From contig CM052817.1 of NCBI GenBank assembly GCA_028534125.1, positions 17,608,001-17,672,000 on the forward strand: DNA of 64,000 nucleotides, in the 5' to 3' direction. A program made the position numbers and the translations under genes. The number at the start of each line of letters is the position of its first letter. Within the stretch, counting starts at the first letter, position 1. The notes under the pieces were generated by a model. The model had not been told where the DNA came from. It searched no databases and saw only the letters and a list, made by a program, of their open reading frames with translations. The DNA comes from Lama glama (taxonomy: Eukaryota). Of this stretch, positions 34,928 to 48,990 are shown piece by piece.

Positions 34928-37055
34928 TCCCAGGGATGATTCTCAGAGAAACCACCACACGATGTAATTCCTCAGGGAAGGGGACGATGAAAGTCCTCAG
35001 AATTGTGCCGCTTGGTGTTTTTACTGAACCATTGCTTGCTGATTTAGTTAATGATAATGTTTGGTTCCAAATTTCCTCTAAAAGGGAGTCTTAAGTGTTC
35101 TCAGCTTGGACGGGGCTGGCTTAAAAATAAACAAATAAGTTATATAAGTCCAAATTTTGGAGGATCAGGTTTTGGAGGCCAAGGCTCGGTGTAGGATTAA
35201 AAGGGCCCGCCTCGCATCTTGTGGTTGGGCCTCACGTGCAGCCTGCAGGGTGGAGCAGCAAGGAAGCCTTCCAGCTGTCCCTGAATCCAGCTTCTAATTT
35301 GAGAGCCAACACCCACAGAAAACTCATGCAGGGTGCACCCCATGGCGCCTAAAAGACACTTGCATTGCTTAAAAGATAGTGAAGAGAAACAAAAAAGCCA
35401 TCGCAACCACTGGTAGATGATGGCAGACTTCTTTTTCTTTACTCTCTTCCAACCTTAGATGTTTTACAAGGCTGACTGGTGATGTTTAAGAGCTGTCATC
35501 TTCTGCTCCAGAGTTGGCCGCATTTGGGTGGGAAGTGAAGAGATTACTACATAGGGCCTTTTAAAAGTTCTTAAGGGTTCTCCAGGAATTCGGGATTCCC
35601 CAAAGTTACCATGGTGGATGGAGCCCCACTTTGGGTCCAGCTGTGGGAGTCAGTCAGGGACAGAAGAAGCCTGATGCTCTGATGAGGTCCAGAATCCTCC
35701 ATACACTCCTAGAATGGTGTGAATATGCAAAAGGTCACACAGGAGTCCATTCATTCACTTATTTGTGTCACATAGTTATTAAGAGCTGAGCAGTAGGAAG
35801 TACTGAGGATCTAAGGGTTAAGAGAGAAAACAGAATAGGCCCTGCCCTCACATTGCCTTTTCTAGGTGAGGAGATTTGATGAGTTTACAAACAGCTAGAA
35901 AATGCTACACACCCATCACGGATGGTGATATAAACCAGGGATCTAGATGGGCCAGGAGTACAACGTAAAAGTACTGGAACAGAAGTTCTAGCCGGTAACT
36001 GGCTTCCTGGAACGCAGGCCTAGTATGACTAGACCTTCAGATTTTCCAGAGCAGGAGAATGTGACTTTTCTGTAAACTATCCTGATTTTTTTTGTTTGTT
36101 TGCTAAAATTTTTTAACCATGAATACTAAACAAAACATACCTATAGACTGAAACAGGACAAGCCACTCAGGTGAACCTCTGATGCAGACTGTATTTGTTA
36201 ATATGGACACATACCTACCCTTTTGAAAAAAAGTACTTTATACCAGCCGTATGTTTACTCTGATCACATTTTTGTTTTGAAATTCTGCATTTATATATAG
36301 AAAAAAGATGGAAGTTGATACATCTTTGTTTTTCTTTTTTTGTGAAAATTTTTGCTGTGAGCATGCATTACTTCTGTAATCAGAATTTTCAACCAAATTT
36401 AAAATGTTATAAAAAGACCTAAGTGCTTTTACATTAGCACAGATAAAATATTATGAAATCATACAGAAATTTTTTTAAAGAATTAAATGAAAATAAAAAT
36501 TACTGAAAATGTTAAGAATAATAAGAAAATAAAGTATGTATATTGGACTTTTACGATGCCAGGGAAGTAGGGGCACTCACAATGGGCTTTACTGGCTCAC
36601 TGTCTTACTTATTCTTCCCAACTTCTGTGTGACAGTACTACTGCTATTCCCATGCATAGGAGAGAGGATGAGGTTCAGAGAGGTTAAGTAACTTGCCCAA
36701 GGTCACACAGCATGAGTAGCAGAGCTGGCACTCAAAACCTAGGTCATCTGTTTCCAGAGGCTGTGTGTTCTCCTAACTTTAAGTAAGAGATTCCTAGAAG
36801 CAAAGTAAATGAGAAAGGTCAGGGAGATGGTATTTGATCTTGGCCTCAAAGAACCAGAAATAGTTCAACCCCTAGATACAGGAAGGAAACAATACCACCA
36901 AAGAGGTAGAGATGATGCTAAATGTGTAAGAAGTCCTAATGAAGTGAGGTTAGTAGGCTGGAGACCATCACAGGAGTCTTAGTATTAAATGCCGGTCTAA
37001 GGAATTAGAATTTATTTACAGTCAGTGGGAGCCATTGATGTTCAGGAATAAGACG

Positions 37056-37420
37056 GGTGCCTTGTTAGGCTACTGCTAACAAAATTCTGCAGGCTGAGTG
37101 GCTNNNNNNNNNNNNNNNNNNNNNNNNNNNNNNNNNNNNNNNNNNNNNNNNNNNNNNNNNNNNNNNNNNNNNNNNNNNNNNNNNNNNNNNNNNNNNNNNN
37201 NNNNNNNNNNNNNNNNNNNNNNNNNNNNNNNNNNNNNNNNNNTCGTGTCTCACCTTCCTCTTCTTAAAAGGACAGCAGTCAGATTGGATTATAGCCCACC
37301 CTAATGGCCTCATTTAAACTTACTTCCCCTTTAAAAGCCCTGTCTCCAAACACATTCTGTGTTACTGGGAGTTAGAACTTCAACGTATGAAATTTGGGGG
37401 GCACAGTTCAGCCCATAACA
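37056..37420 (-). mobile_element. MLT1B/C-like LTR spanning an assembly gap
   Basis: 'ggctactgctaacaaaattctgcaggctgagtggct'...'cttcaacgtatgaaatttgggggggcacagttcagcccataaca'. Confidence 0.8.
37104..37242. other. Assembly gap (139 N)
   Basis: Run of N. Confidence 1.
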
Positions 37421-39789
37421 CATGGTGATGCAGAAAGAGCATAGGACTTGGAGAGTCAGAAGCCCTGAGTTTAAATGCTGCCAAGACCATTTATTAGACG
37501 TGGGACCTTAAACAAGACGTTAAAGAAAGCATTTTGCTCCTAATTCATAAAAAATCAGCGAATGTACCTTGTCTACACTGCAGGGTATGGTAAGGCTCAG
37601 ATGAAACAATGTGTGTGGAAGCAGTTTGTAAACTATAAGGTCCTATCGAGTAGTTGGAAATTAGCATTTTACCAAGTTGGACATACAGCTCTGCACAGAG
37701 TAAGGCCTCAAATCCTTATTTAAGAAATAAAACAACATCACTGTGCTGACTGGGGGAAAACAGAGAGAGCCCAGCACCGTTGCAACCCACAGCAATTTCA
37801 TCAGAACACATTTGTTCAACTTAATTTTTTAAAAAGACTGATCAAACATTCCTCTTGTATTTTTAAACCAGCTTTCCAAGGGGGTTCAAAATAATTAATG
37901 TGTTTTTAATGTATTGCACCCATTTAAAACATTTTAGGGCCCCTTGACTACTTCAACATAAATGCATTTACATTCATAATTTAATCTGTAATTCTGAATT
38001 AATAAACATTTGCTGAGTATCTATAATGTGGAACATGCTAGAATAAATGAGTTTCCCAGGTCTCATTTAATCCTCAAAACCTCACTGGTCTGGAAACAGG
38101 CCACCTCCTAATACTTTTATCTGGGGGGTTAGGATGTAACATATGAGTTTGGCGGGGACAAATTCAGACCATAGCAATGAAGTCATCTGTTCACATCTCC
38201 CCATTTTATTCAGAACAAAAACAGCCCAACATGAACAGTAACCATCTCGGCTCTGGAACACTAAACACTTATCAGTGGCAAGTGTGTTATTAATTATTGT
38301 TAAGATTCCTCTCCTGATTTTTCTGCAGCTCTAACTTCGGATGAACTGTCCAATATCAGCCACAAGGTCACATCCAAAGAAACACAGTCAAAATAGCCAT
38401 TGGAGTTGCAAAATGCAGACCTCTGGTTTGCATCTTTCAAAACAAAATTAGAAAGGACCAATTCACAATCTCCCAGCAACACTCATACCTCCCAGGTCCT
38501 CCCAAGCTCAATGCTGCTGCTTCACTGCTCCTCTCACACAAAGGTTAGCAAAGACATTACCCTCTTTTCCTACCCTTCTCCTCCATCTCTCCATTTTCTA
38601 TTACTTAATTCCTTTTTACAAAGCAGGGGACAGGGAAGAACTGGAGCACAGGGTCATATTCATGACCATCTCCCCCTATCACACACAGAGATGTCTCTCC
38701 AATGCCATGAATAGGCCCTGACAGTGGTATAGCTCTTTTTAAACCAAAACTTGTTATTCACTTCAGTTCTATCTCCTGATGCACCCAAGAACTCAGACAA
38801 CTAGAAAACAATTTATTCATTGCGGGGGGTTAGAATTAATGAGGTTTGGGGAGATTTTTCTAATAGATTTGAGGCTGGTTGGTGGATTCCTGCATCCTTC
38901 TTACCAGACTTCTAGTCCATGATGCTTTTAAAAATCCTCATAACAAGTTGGAGTGAGGATTGACGCACAGCTCTTCAGTGCCCTCTATAATATTAAGGAC
39001 ACTGAAATGTCCCAGAGACGCCCCAAAGTAATTTTCACTTGCAGGAAAGCATGATGGTAGATACCAATCTAATCTATAAATGCAGAACTTTTTTTTTAGA
39101 TAGTTATGTTGTTTGGGGGATTGGATTTTTTTCAGGAGAGGGTTGCATTTTTAAAGCAGTTTTCCTTTTGCAAAGTGGCAAACTTCCTAAGGTATTTTTC
39201 ACTTTCAAAGTTCTTGCAACCTCTTTTGACACCCTCTGCCTGTGTCAAATGGCAAGCCCAATGGAAGTCATTTGGAAGGCAGAGGCAGATGGCAGAAAAA
39301 CGGTTTCTCCCCTTAACTACGCTGTCAGGGTAATTTGTTTTCCTCACTGATGTAAAGGAAACTGTAAGAGCACTTTGCCCACTCCAAGCCTCTGAAACTG
39401 GAGTTATGAGGTCGTCTGGAGGAGGCCAGGAAAAATAGTTTTGGGAGGGGGGTGGTTGATGCCTTTTACTAGTGACCTGTGATACTAATTACTGAGCCTT
39501 CCTGTCTGAAGAAGACATTTATTTATATGATGATTCATGGCTATGGAAGCCAGCGTCAATATACAGACCATTGCAATTCAATTCTATTGCATCTCAAAAT
39601 GGGATTCTTTGGATTCTCACAGGCAAATCTGATGTACTTGTAATCCGGACAAGTATTGGGTACAGAAAACAGAGCATGAGCTACCAAGACTGTTGGGGAG
39701 AAGGTAGTCTGATGGTGGTCCACCTTGGGGACTGAGGATAGAATCTTTCTGCTCCTCTGGGGGAAAAAAAAAAATCAATGTATAAGAAG

Positions 39790-39995
39790 TCCTGGCTCCA
39801 CCACTTATTGGCTTTAGCAACCACCTTTAGCAAGTTCCTTATTCTCTCTGTGCCTTAGTTTCCTCATCTGTAAAATGGGATAATCACAGTAATTACCCAA
39901 TAGGGTTTTTTATGAGGCTGAAATGAGTTACTATTTATAAACCAATTAGAACAGTGTTTGGTACATAGTAAGTGCTATCTGTGTGTTTGACAAAT
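39790..39995 (+). mobile_element. MIR SINE
   Basis: 'ctctctgtgccttagtttcctcatctgtaaaatgggataat...ttagaacagtgtttggtacatagtaagtgct'. Confidence 0.85.
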
Positions 39996-41300
39996 ACACT
40001 TTGAGAAAATAATCACGTTTAATCAAATTAAGCAGCGTAATCTGAAGGTCGACCGTGCCCTGCAAATTTGACGCTCTCATCCCTGCAGAATGAATCTGGG
40101 TGAGACACGCTGAGGTCAGGGCTGAGCAGTCCTTCAGAAACAAATCAAGAAGTGGTCCGGCAGGATACACAAGTCCAGGCATGGCCACTAGCTTTCAGAG
40201 AACTGCTAACGGCCACTCAGAAACGAAGTCAGCAGACTTCAAGATTTTTTCACTCTAATACTCCTAAAAATGAATTTTTGTTAAACTTGTCTCAGTAAGA
40301 GTTGAGAAAATCAAAACATTTCTTTCCATTCATCTTTTAGAGTAGAACCACTTTAAGGCTTTTATCTTGTTGTGTGGCTTAGATAAAATTTTGTCAAAAT
40401 CTTGGAGCTTCAGATCTGGCTCTTTCAACTGATGAAAAATGTTCCTGCATATAAACCAATTGTTGAACCAACTGGCCAAATTAGATGTATTTCTTATTTT
40501 TAAAAGTGTGACTTTATTTTTCAGTTATAGTAAGTGTCTTAATGTTCATTCTGGAGAATATTATAAAAACCACTGAAAAATAAATTATGGAAGTCATCCT
40601 ATAAAATAGATTCCTGAAAAGCAGCCAAGTTTACAATGATGTGGATTTGATAGAATTAATTTAGCAAAAATGTAAAATAGGATAATAATGCTGTTTCTCA
40701 TTACTTGATTTGCAATAAAATGACATACTATTTTGCTAAAATTGTTATTTATGGAGTTAGAAATATGACAGAAGGCATAATCTCCTTTCCTTAAGTGGTA
40801 TGAATGTATGCATCTAACTCTGAGATGTGGTTTGGGGAATAATTAAGTAAGAATTATGTTTAAAGATCAGAAAAAAATTTTATTAATTTCATTAGCCTCA
40901 TGCTCAAATTTTTCTGTTTAATGAAATCACTTAATATGAAAATGATATGTATCTTTATACTATTAAAACAAGTCAGGCCAGCACATATCAAAAATCTAAG
41001 TGTTTATTCGCACGAGGAAGGAAATACATATATGATCTTATAACATCTGTTCTAACTGCCTCATGGCACACACAGTGTCTGAAAAACAGACCCTAAAATT
41101 TCTATCTGCCAGTTTTATGTAATGTATCATGGAAATCTTAGTAGCCCCAGAAAATATTCTAGTTGCATCTGTTAAGAGTTAGCATTGTTAACTGGCCTGG
41201 ACAACTCAGCTGTTGTCAGGGGGTGCTTTTTTTCACAGCTCTTTAAAGACAAGTCCTAGGAATAAGGAATCAGACTTTTCTTAAACACAAATTCTCCCAA

Positions 41301-41302
<2 letters not shown>

Positions 41303-41332
<30 letters not shown>
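41303..41332. repeat. (CA)n microsatellite
   Basis: Direct reading. Confidence 0.95.
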
Positions 41333-41334
<2 letters not shown>

Positions 41335-41705
41335 TGTTGCCATTAATAACTAAATTCAACCACAGGGGAAAAAAGGATTATAAATACCCATCCATTGGAT
41401 AGTAATGGCCACTATTTAATGAGCACTTACTATGTGCCAGTCATTGTTCAAAGTTCCTGACATACGCTAGCACTTAATTGGTCCTTACAGCAACTTCGTG
41501 AGGTGGGTCTGATTCCTATTCCCATGACCAGATAAGGAAATAGACACTCAGAGGCCACAGGACGGGCAGTTGGGGGAGGCCATGTGCAGACTCAGGATGC
41601 ACGTGCCCAGAGCTCAGGTTAACTCTCACACATATTGCTGGCACATGACTCCATTTATTACTTCCATTCCATAATTAACCACTATTATTGCATAATAACA
41701 ACCAC

Positions 41706-42209
41706 AGTGGTAGGCAGAATAATTCATCCCTCTCAAAAAGATGCCCATGTCCTAATCTCCAGAACCTGTGAATACATGGCCGGAGGGACTTGGCAGATGT
41801 GATGAATTTAAGGCTCTTGAGATTACAGAAATATCCTGGGTTATCCAGGTGGGCAAAATATCATCACTAGGGGCCTTATAAGTGAAAGGGGAGGCAGGAG
41901 AATGAATGTTAGAGGAGATGTGACAATAGAATGAGAGGTCAGAGTGACGTGATTGCTGACTTTGAAAATGGAGGAAGGGGCCACCAGCCAAGGCATGCAG
42001 GCAGCCTCTAGAAGCCAGAAAAGGCAAGAAAACAGATCCTCCCCTTGAGCGCTCAGAAAGGAACACACAGCCCTGCCAGCATTTTGATTTTAGCTACATG
42101 AGACCCATGTCAGGCTTCTGACCTCTTGAACTGTAAAATAATACATTTTTGATGGTTTAAACCTCTAAGTTTGTGGTAAGTTATGACAGAAGCAAAGGAA
42201 ACTGATACA
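41706..42209 (+). mobile_element. MLT1D solo LTR, near full length
   Basis: 'gtggtaggcagaataa...tcctaatctccagaacctgtgaata...gcagcctctagaagccagaaaaggcaagaaaacagat...ggaaactgataca'. Confidence 0.88.
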
Positions 42210-43405
42210 ATCTCCAAAGTGCTATTAAAAGCCATTGATCAGAGGAGCGTATGAGCATTTAAAAACCATTTTATACAAGCTGATCATAGCAACATGCTTG
42301 CTGCCCAAATAAAACCAGGAAACACATTGAGCAGCTAAGAAGCAACAAACAAGTTCTTGCTTCCGTATTGAAAATGAAGGTGCCTCTTATCTCAGTTTTG
42401 GAACAAGTAAAGATCATCCACAGAGGCTCTTTCTCATTTTTACTTTTACAAAACTGACTTTGGTGGTGCTTTGAAATTTTCCCCTTTTTCTTTGTTTCAG
42501 TGTCAATTTTTTACTTAAAGATTTTTTCAAAACTTTCCCTTCCTGAATATTTTCCACTGTGTTTGAGCCCTAACTCTGCCTTTCAAGTCTCTCCAGAACA
42601 CTAGCATTATTATAATTGCTAGTATAATAAATCATATAACTATTACCCTGTGTTCAAAGTAAGCACCTTCTAGGCTCTAACGTAATTGCTCTTTCTGTCG
42701 ACGGATGGTCCTCACGGTCCTCTTGGAGCTCAGCTGCACACAGCAGCCAGAGGGAGCTTTTTACCCCAGAAATCTGACAGTGTCATTCCTATGCTCACAT
42801 TCTTTCCCCAGCCCGGATTATGCTCAGAATGAAGAGCAGGCTGCTAAGCCTGGCATCCAGAGCCCCTCTGATCTGCCCCCTCGACGGCTGCCACCCAGCC
42901 TCACTTGGAGTCTCTCTCCCACACTCTCCCATGCTCCAGCCCTACCAAGCTGTCCAGAGACCCGGCAGATTCTCTCAAGCCTCTGTACCTGCAGCTTCTG
43001 CTTCCTTTACCTACAGCAAAAGCTGTTCCCTTTTCCATCAGACTAATTTTGTCTCCTCCTTCCTCAGACTAACTGTGTCTCTTTCCTTAGCTCAACGATA
43101 CATCCAGTTGTCCCAGCATCATCAGAAAGACATAGGTAATAGCACTTGGTAGACACACAGGTGTGGGTCCAGAACATCCTTCCTGTTTATTTTCGAGTTA
43201 CAGTTTCCTGTGTCATCCGTCTCTAATTTTTTGGCTGCATACTGACCTATCCACCTCCGTTCTCTGGCTTTTCGACCTTGACCTTCCCAACAAGGCAGCT
43301 GATGCTATGATAATTACTCCTATGAACCTGTTACCATTTGCAGCCCCAGGTAAGAGACCCTCCCCCGGAGGTTTCAGCCTCAGCTTATAACTACCCCATC
43401 ACTAC

Positions 43406-43462
43406 TACACACACACACACACACATGCACGCACACATGCACACACACACGCATGCACGTGC
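43406..43462. repeat. Alternating purine-pyrimidine (CA/CG/TG) tract
   Basis: 'acacacacacacacacacatgcacgcacacatgcacacacacacgcatgcacgtgca'. Confidence 0.9.
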
Positions 43463-44497
43463 ATTTACCCCAGATGAGAATACACTAAGGGAGACTGATA
43501 AAATACCAATAAAAGATACTATTGAGCACTTACAGCACACCAGGCATTGTGTTAAGCACTTTGTTTCTCTAATTAAAAAAAAAAAATCACCTGTAAAGCA
43601 GGTACTATTTTTGTCCCCATTGAAAGATGAGGAAGCTAAGCCCATTAAGATGAAACATCACATCCACTGCCACACAGCCTTCTAGTGATGGAGCTGCTAG
43701 TTCGCATGACTTCAGAGGGCTCGGCTGATCAATCACCCCCAACACAATTTTTCTGATCCTTGTGGACCCCCACTCACCTCCACAACACCTCCAAGTACGG
43801 CTCAGAGCTACCAAAGTTATCTTTGCATTTAATTCACTGGATTCTAAGTGTGTGGACCTGAGTGTCTCCCTAGGAGACATGAGCTCCTCAGAATGGGGAG
43901 TATGTCTTTCAAACTTGAACACACAAAAGAAGCCCCCAAAAAAGTCTTCCTAAACAAGTAGCTATTATCAGGGGCCCCAAAACATATCTATTCCTCGAGC
44001 TTTTTGCAAATCCTCCAAATTACACTGACACCTGTACCTACCAGGGAGCAAGCGAGGTACTAAATTTCAGTCTCCCACAAACCCTCTCAGCTCAGGTCCC
44101 CGTACAGCTATGAGTTCTCTTTCTGAGCTGATTTTGAACTGCCTTCTCAGGTTGATATTACAAGTCATTCAAAATCTCTTGGGAAATAGAAGTGAGTTTT
44201 ATTTGTAAATGGATGCATGTGGATGTGAAAGTTGAATAAAATCCTAGGAAAGTAAAATTTAAAAGCTGAAAGAACCCATGGGGTCAGCTGGTTCTCTTCT
44301 CCCCTTTTGCAGACAAGAACTAAGCTCTATACCAAACTTAAAACTTGGTCCCTGAATATGTTTTGTGTTTGGCCCACATGACTTCTTTTTTTAAGTTGAG
44401 TCAATATTGTTCAAGTATGTACTTATACAGCAAGAAAGAGAGAAAGGGTTCTGTTGATTCTGGTTCTGTTGGAATATTGAAATATCTGACAGCCTTT

Positions 44498-45107
44498 ATG
44501 AATATACCAAGAGAAATAAAAACATCTGTCTTCGCAAAACTTGTACATAAGTGCTCATAGCAGCATTACTCATAATAGCCCCAGAGTAGAAACTGTCCGA
44601 GTGTCCATCAACTGATAGATTCATGATTGCGGTAGATCCATACAATGTTATTCAGCGATAAAAAGGAAGTACCGATACACACTGCAACAAGGATGAACCT
44701 TGAAACACTACACTGAGTGAAGGAAGCAGGTCACAATAGGCCAAATTTTGTATGATTCTACTCATATGAAGATTTATTTATTTGTTTACTTACTTACTTA
44801 CTTACTTATTTTTAGAGGAGGTACTGGGGATTGAACCCAGGATCTTGTGCATGCTAAGCGTGCACTCTACCACTGAGCTAGACCCTCCCCTGATTCTATT
44901 CATATGAAACGTCCAGAATAGACAGATCTGTAGAGACAGGAAGTAGATTAGTATTTGCGTGGGGCTGGGGGAAAGCAGGAATAGGGAGTAACTGCTAAAT
45001 GGGTATGGGGTTTCTTTTTGGAGTGATGAAAATGTTCTAGAATTGGTTGTGGAAATGGTTGTACAACTCAGTGAATATACTAAAAAAAAAATCTGAACTG
45101 TTTAAAA
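44498..45107 (+). mobile_element. L1MB-like 3' region interrupted by a SINE
   Basis: 'catagcagcattactcataatagcccc...tgtccatcaactgat...ggggtttctttttggagtgatgaaaatgttctagaatt'. Confidence 0.88.
44771..44890 (-). mobile_element. vic-1-type tRNA-Ala SINE with 18-bp TSD and (TAAG)n tail
   Basis: Minus strand 'ggggagggtctagctcagtggtagagtgcacgcttagcatgcacaagatcctgggttcaatccccagtacctcc'; TSD 'tgattcta(c/t)tcatatgaa' 44753-44770 / 44891-44908. Confidence 0.92.
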
Positions 45108-47605
45108 CATATATACATAGACACATGCATGTGTTGATATAGATGGAGCTACACAGCATAGTGGGTGTTACTGGCTGCCCCTGAGTAACGGCTGCCCCTT
45201 TAAATGAAGCTTGCTTCCTCCAGTTCTCCACAATCTCCACCTCTTCCCATCCTCAGCTCTAAGCTTGCCCACTTCACTCAACTATGTTTTCTGCCTGGCC
45301 TGGGTCTTTGAGTTTTTGGCTTTTGGTCAAGACCACCGTGGAATCTCCAAGCTGGAAAAGATGTCACCAGTCTGACCTCCCCACAAAAGAGGACAAAAAG
45401 AGTCCTCATTCGCATCCCAGGTGTCCTCTTCTTGAATCTCATCCTCCACTTGACCTCTCTCAGGGAGGAGCTTTCCCTGCAGGGCAGGGCCACCACCACT
45501 GTTGTCACTATTGTCAGCACCGTCAGCAACATTTAGGGAGTGATTCAGGATTTACAAAATGCTTTATCTTGCGTGATCACCATAGCAAACCTGAGAATTA
45601 CTTACTGTCATCCACATTTTACAGGTGGGCACATGGAAATATTGGGTCACCTGTCTGAGGAAATGGAATTCGAGCTCAGATTTTCTGACTTCAATTCCAT
45701 GTCTTTTTAGTACAAAATATGCCAAAATACATAAAAGTACCAAATCATGTAACAGACATTACCTCCCCTTCAGATTACAGAGATGTCAGTTTTTGCCTCA
45801 TTTGCATCAGAGCTCCCCCATCTCTCTCCACTGTGTCACTGATGTCACAGTGTTCTTTATCCTGTGCCGGGATCTACTATCCTGGAGAGGACCAGATCAC
45901 CCCACCGTGGGGTGCAGAGTTTAGTACAATCCCTGCATCATGGAGGGCCATTTTCCTTCATTTTAAATTGATTCAAAGCAATTGTTTGGAAAAGAAAGAG
46001 GACCCCAAGGGAAGAATGATATAGAAATATTTGATCAATATTCTTAACATCTGCCATCCGTAACAATCTCTCCCTCTCTCTTTTTGTCTAACAACTGGTA
46101 ACCCTCCTTTCAAACACACTATGAGCTTGGCCCCATTGTTTTGTTATTCTGCAGTACAACTGTGTCAAATTAGTGGACTTTAATTGAGGTGGGTAGGGGA
46201 AAGCTGGTGGAGAAGCCAATGGTTTGGATGTGCTGGAATCTACTAGCAGCTGTAGAAACAGCATGATGCACAGCGGAAGAATCAGAAGCCTTCCCGACCC
46301 TACCACACATTGGCTGTCGCACAGACAACAGCCTCCTTTCCATCAACTGTAAAATGGAGATAAGAACACAGGCTGGACCACTGTTAACTCCTGCCCCAGC
46401 CCAGTCCAGATGAGCTCTACCACCCAGCACAGCTAAGGCAGAATCAGCCTATGCCCAGAAAGTCGACTCATTTCATGAGCTGAATACAATCAGAGGGCTG
46501 AGGAGCCAGCTCAAGATGAGTCATTTGGCTCAAGAGATGATTGTCAGTGGTCCTAGCAACACACTCCACCGCCAATAGCCATTTCATTTGATCTCTGCCA
46601 TGATGCTCAAACCACAGATTTCCTGGGCCTGCAGCCTCCCAGGAAATGGAAGCCAAATAGCAGATGATTCATATTTCCTCTAAAGTAGCAAGAGAAAAGC
46701 TACCTGCTGCAGAAATTGCCATCAGCCTTGCAAAGTCTAAGCTGCTCCCTCCGTTTCCTCGGCTGATGGGCGTGACTTCCCTGGGGCCCAGGGGCTGCCT
46801 GTTCTAACTGGTTTTCTCTCTAAAGAGAGAGAAGGAAAAGAAGAGAGAGCAAGAGAAAGAGAAGAGGAGAGGGGCGGAGACTTGACATTAACATTTATTA
46901 AGTGCCCATTGTGAGCTCCATCCGCCAGCTTTCGTCATATCCTATCTCATGTAATTTCCCTACAGTCAGCTGCTCCCTGCTGTACCATACACTTCTTAGC
47001 CACTGCCTGCTGCCCTCACTAAATGGTAAGCTCCAGGAAGGCAGACTTTATTCGGCTCATTGCTGTATCTACAGTTTCCAGAACTAGGACATAATAACAT
47101 ACAACAATTATAGGTAAAACTTACACCAGACACTGTTCTAAGTACTTTCACGTAGCAACTCTAGCAAAGAAGAAGAATAATGGTAGGTAGCATTTATCTT
47201 GTGCCAGATGCTATTCTACTTTCAAACATTAAGTCAAATATTTCTCGGTTTTTTTTTCTGTCAATTATTTCTCATAACAACCCTATGATGGAAAAACTAC
47301 TCTTTACTTTCCAGATGATGAAACTGAGGCAGAGAAAAAAAAAATGGGCTTGCCTGTTCCCCTACAGCTAAAGAGCTATGGAACCAGGATTTGAATCCAG
47401 GCCACCAGCCTTTGATTTTAACCATGATGCTATTCTGCCTCTCTCCTGGTGGATACTCAGTAAGCATTTTTTAAATGAATGATCACACCCATTTTGCAGA
47501 TTCAGACACTCGGCTTCGCACTGAAGTCCCACAGCTTGTAGGGCCAGCTGGGGTCCCAACTAAGAACTGTCTGATCACAAACTACCACAATCACAGCCTG
47601 TAGCA

Positions 47606-47812
47606 TTCTTTTTAAAAAAAAATTATGGTGAAATACACATAACATAAAATTGTACTATGTTATGGTACTGTAGCCACTTTCAACTGTCTAGTTCTATGGC
47701 ATTAGAGATACTCACATTGTTGTGTGACCGTCATCACCATCCATCTCTGGAACTTTTGCATCTTCCCCAGCTGAAACTCTGTACCCATTAAACACTAATT
47801 CCCTTTTCCTAT
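47606..47812 (-). mobile_element. L1MB-like 3' end
   Basis: 'ggtgaaatacacataacataaaatt...ctcacattgttgtgtgaccgtcatcaccatccatctc...gaaactctgtacccattaaacactaa'. Confidence 0.85.
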
Positions 47813-48118
47813 AAAATTCTTAACAAGGAGGAATGTGGCCAGGGTTAGATGCTGGAAGGGAAGTCAGCCATGTGGAATGATTCGAGAGGAACAGATAAGG
47901 ATTACTACCCTTGAAATTTGCTCTTCTGTTGGCAGTTATAAATTCCAACATTCTACCACCAACTAATCATTCATTCTTGTGGGTTTTTTTTTTTAATTTT
48001 GAGGCCCCCCCCAAAGTGGGGTGAGGACATCAAGCTGCTTTCAACAGAAGTATGTGGAGGCATCCAGGGAGGGCTCAAAGGGAAGACTTGGAGGCTGCAC
48101 TGCAAAATTCCCTCCCCT

Positions 48119-48346
48119 GAGTTTGGGATTAACAGATGCATACTATTGTATATAAAATAGATAAACAACAAAGACCTACTGTATAGCACAGCGAATTATA
48201 TTCAGTATCTTATAATAACCTATAATGGAAAAGAATATATATGTATAACTAAATCACTACACTATACACCAGAATCTAGCACTTCCATTTTAAAAAAGAG
48301 AGCGAACACAGCATTGTAAATCAACTATACTTCAATTTAAAAAAAA
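48119..48346 (+). mobile_element. L1 3' end (cetartiodactyl type)
   Basis: 'gagtttgggattaacagatgcatacta...aacaacaaagacctactgtatagcaca...ttgtaaatcaactatacttcaatttaaaaaaaa'. Confidence 0.88.
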
Positions 48347-48990
48347 GTGACTGTGGGAACAGAATCATCAGGACTCAATGATTACAGGGAGAGAGAGGGT
48401 CACAAATGATGCCTGGATTTCTAGTCTGAATAAGTGAATGGGTGATGGTTAACAGTCACCCACTCACTAACATAAAGGGCCCAAGGAAAGGTGCTGTGTG
48501 GGGTGGGAAGTTAATCAGTTTCATTGTGGACAAGTTCAATTGAGGGTCTTGTGAAACACTCAAGGGTAGATGCCAAGGAATACAGGGGAAGGGAACCAAA
48601 GGTCCTGCTGGTATGATTCTCCCCTCTTCTATATGCGGGGGTTAGGCAGGGAGAGGAAAGGATGATAAAAGGACAGGTTAACTGCTAGCTAACAGGTATC
48701 CACTAACACACACCACACACACACACACTATATATATGAATATTTATAAAATATACACACATGTCAGAACGGAACACAGGACAGTGTTGCTGTGTGACAA
48801 TTCTAGGTCAGTAGAGTTTGAAGGTCTAAAGTGAACCTGCAGGGGATGGGAAGGCAGGATGCAGAAAATTCCTGGAACAAGCTTTCTAATTCCAATTTGA
48901 TGCTGTTTATAAATTTCCTGATCACAGACACTTTTATTTCTACATCAGCAATTCTGGCACAGCCTTGCACCATTCCAAAACCTGGCAAGT

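Noticed and set aside
44815-44890. Genuine tRNA-Ala genes (all four tRNA-like copies)
   Set aside because: Extra 5' bases, stem mismatches, A-rich tails and TSDs indicate SINEs.
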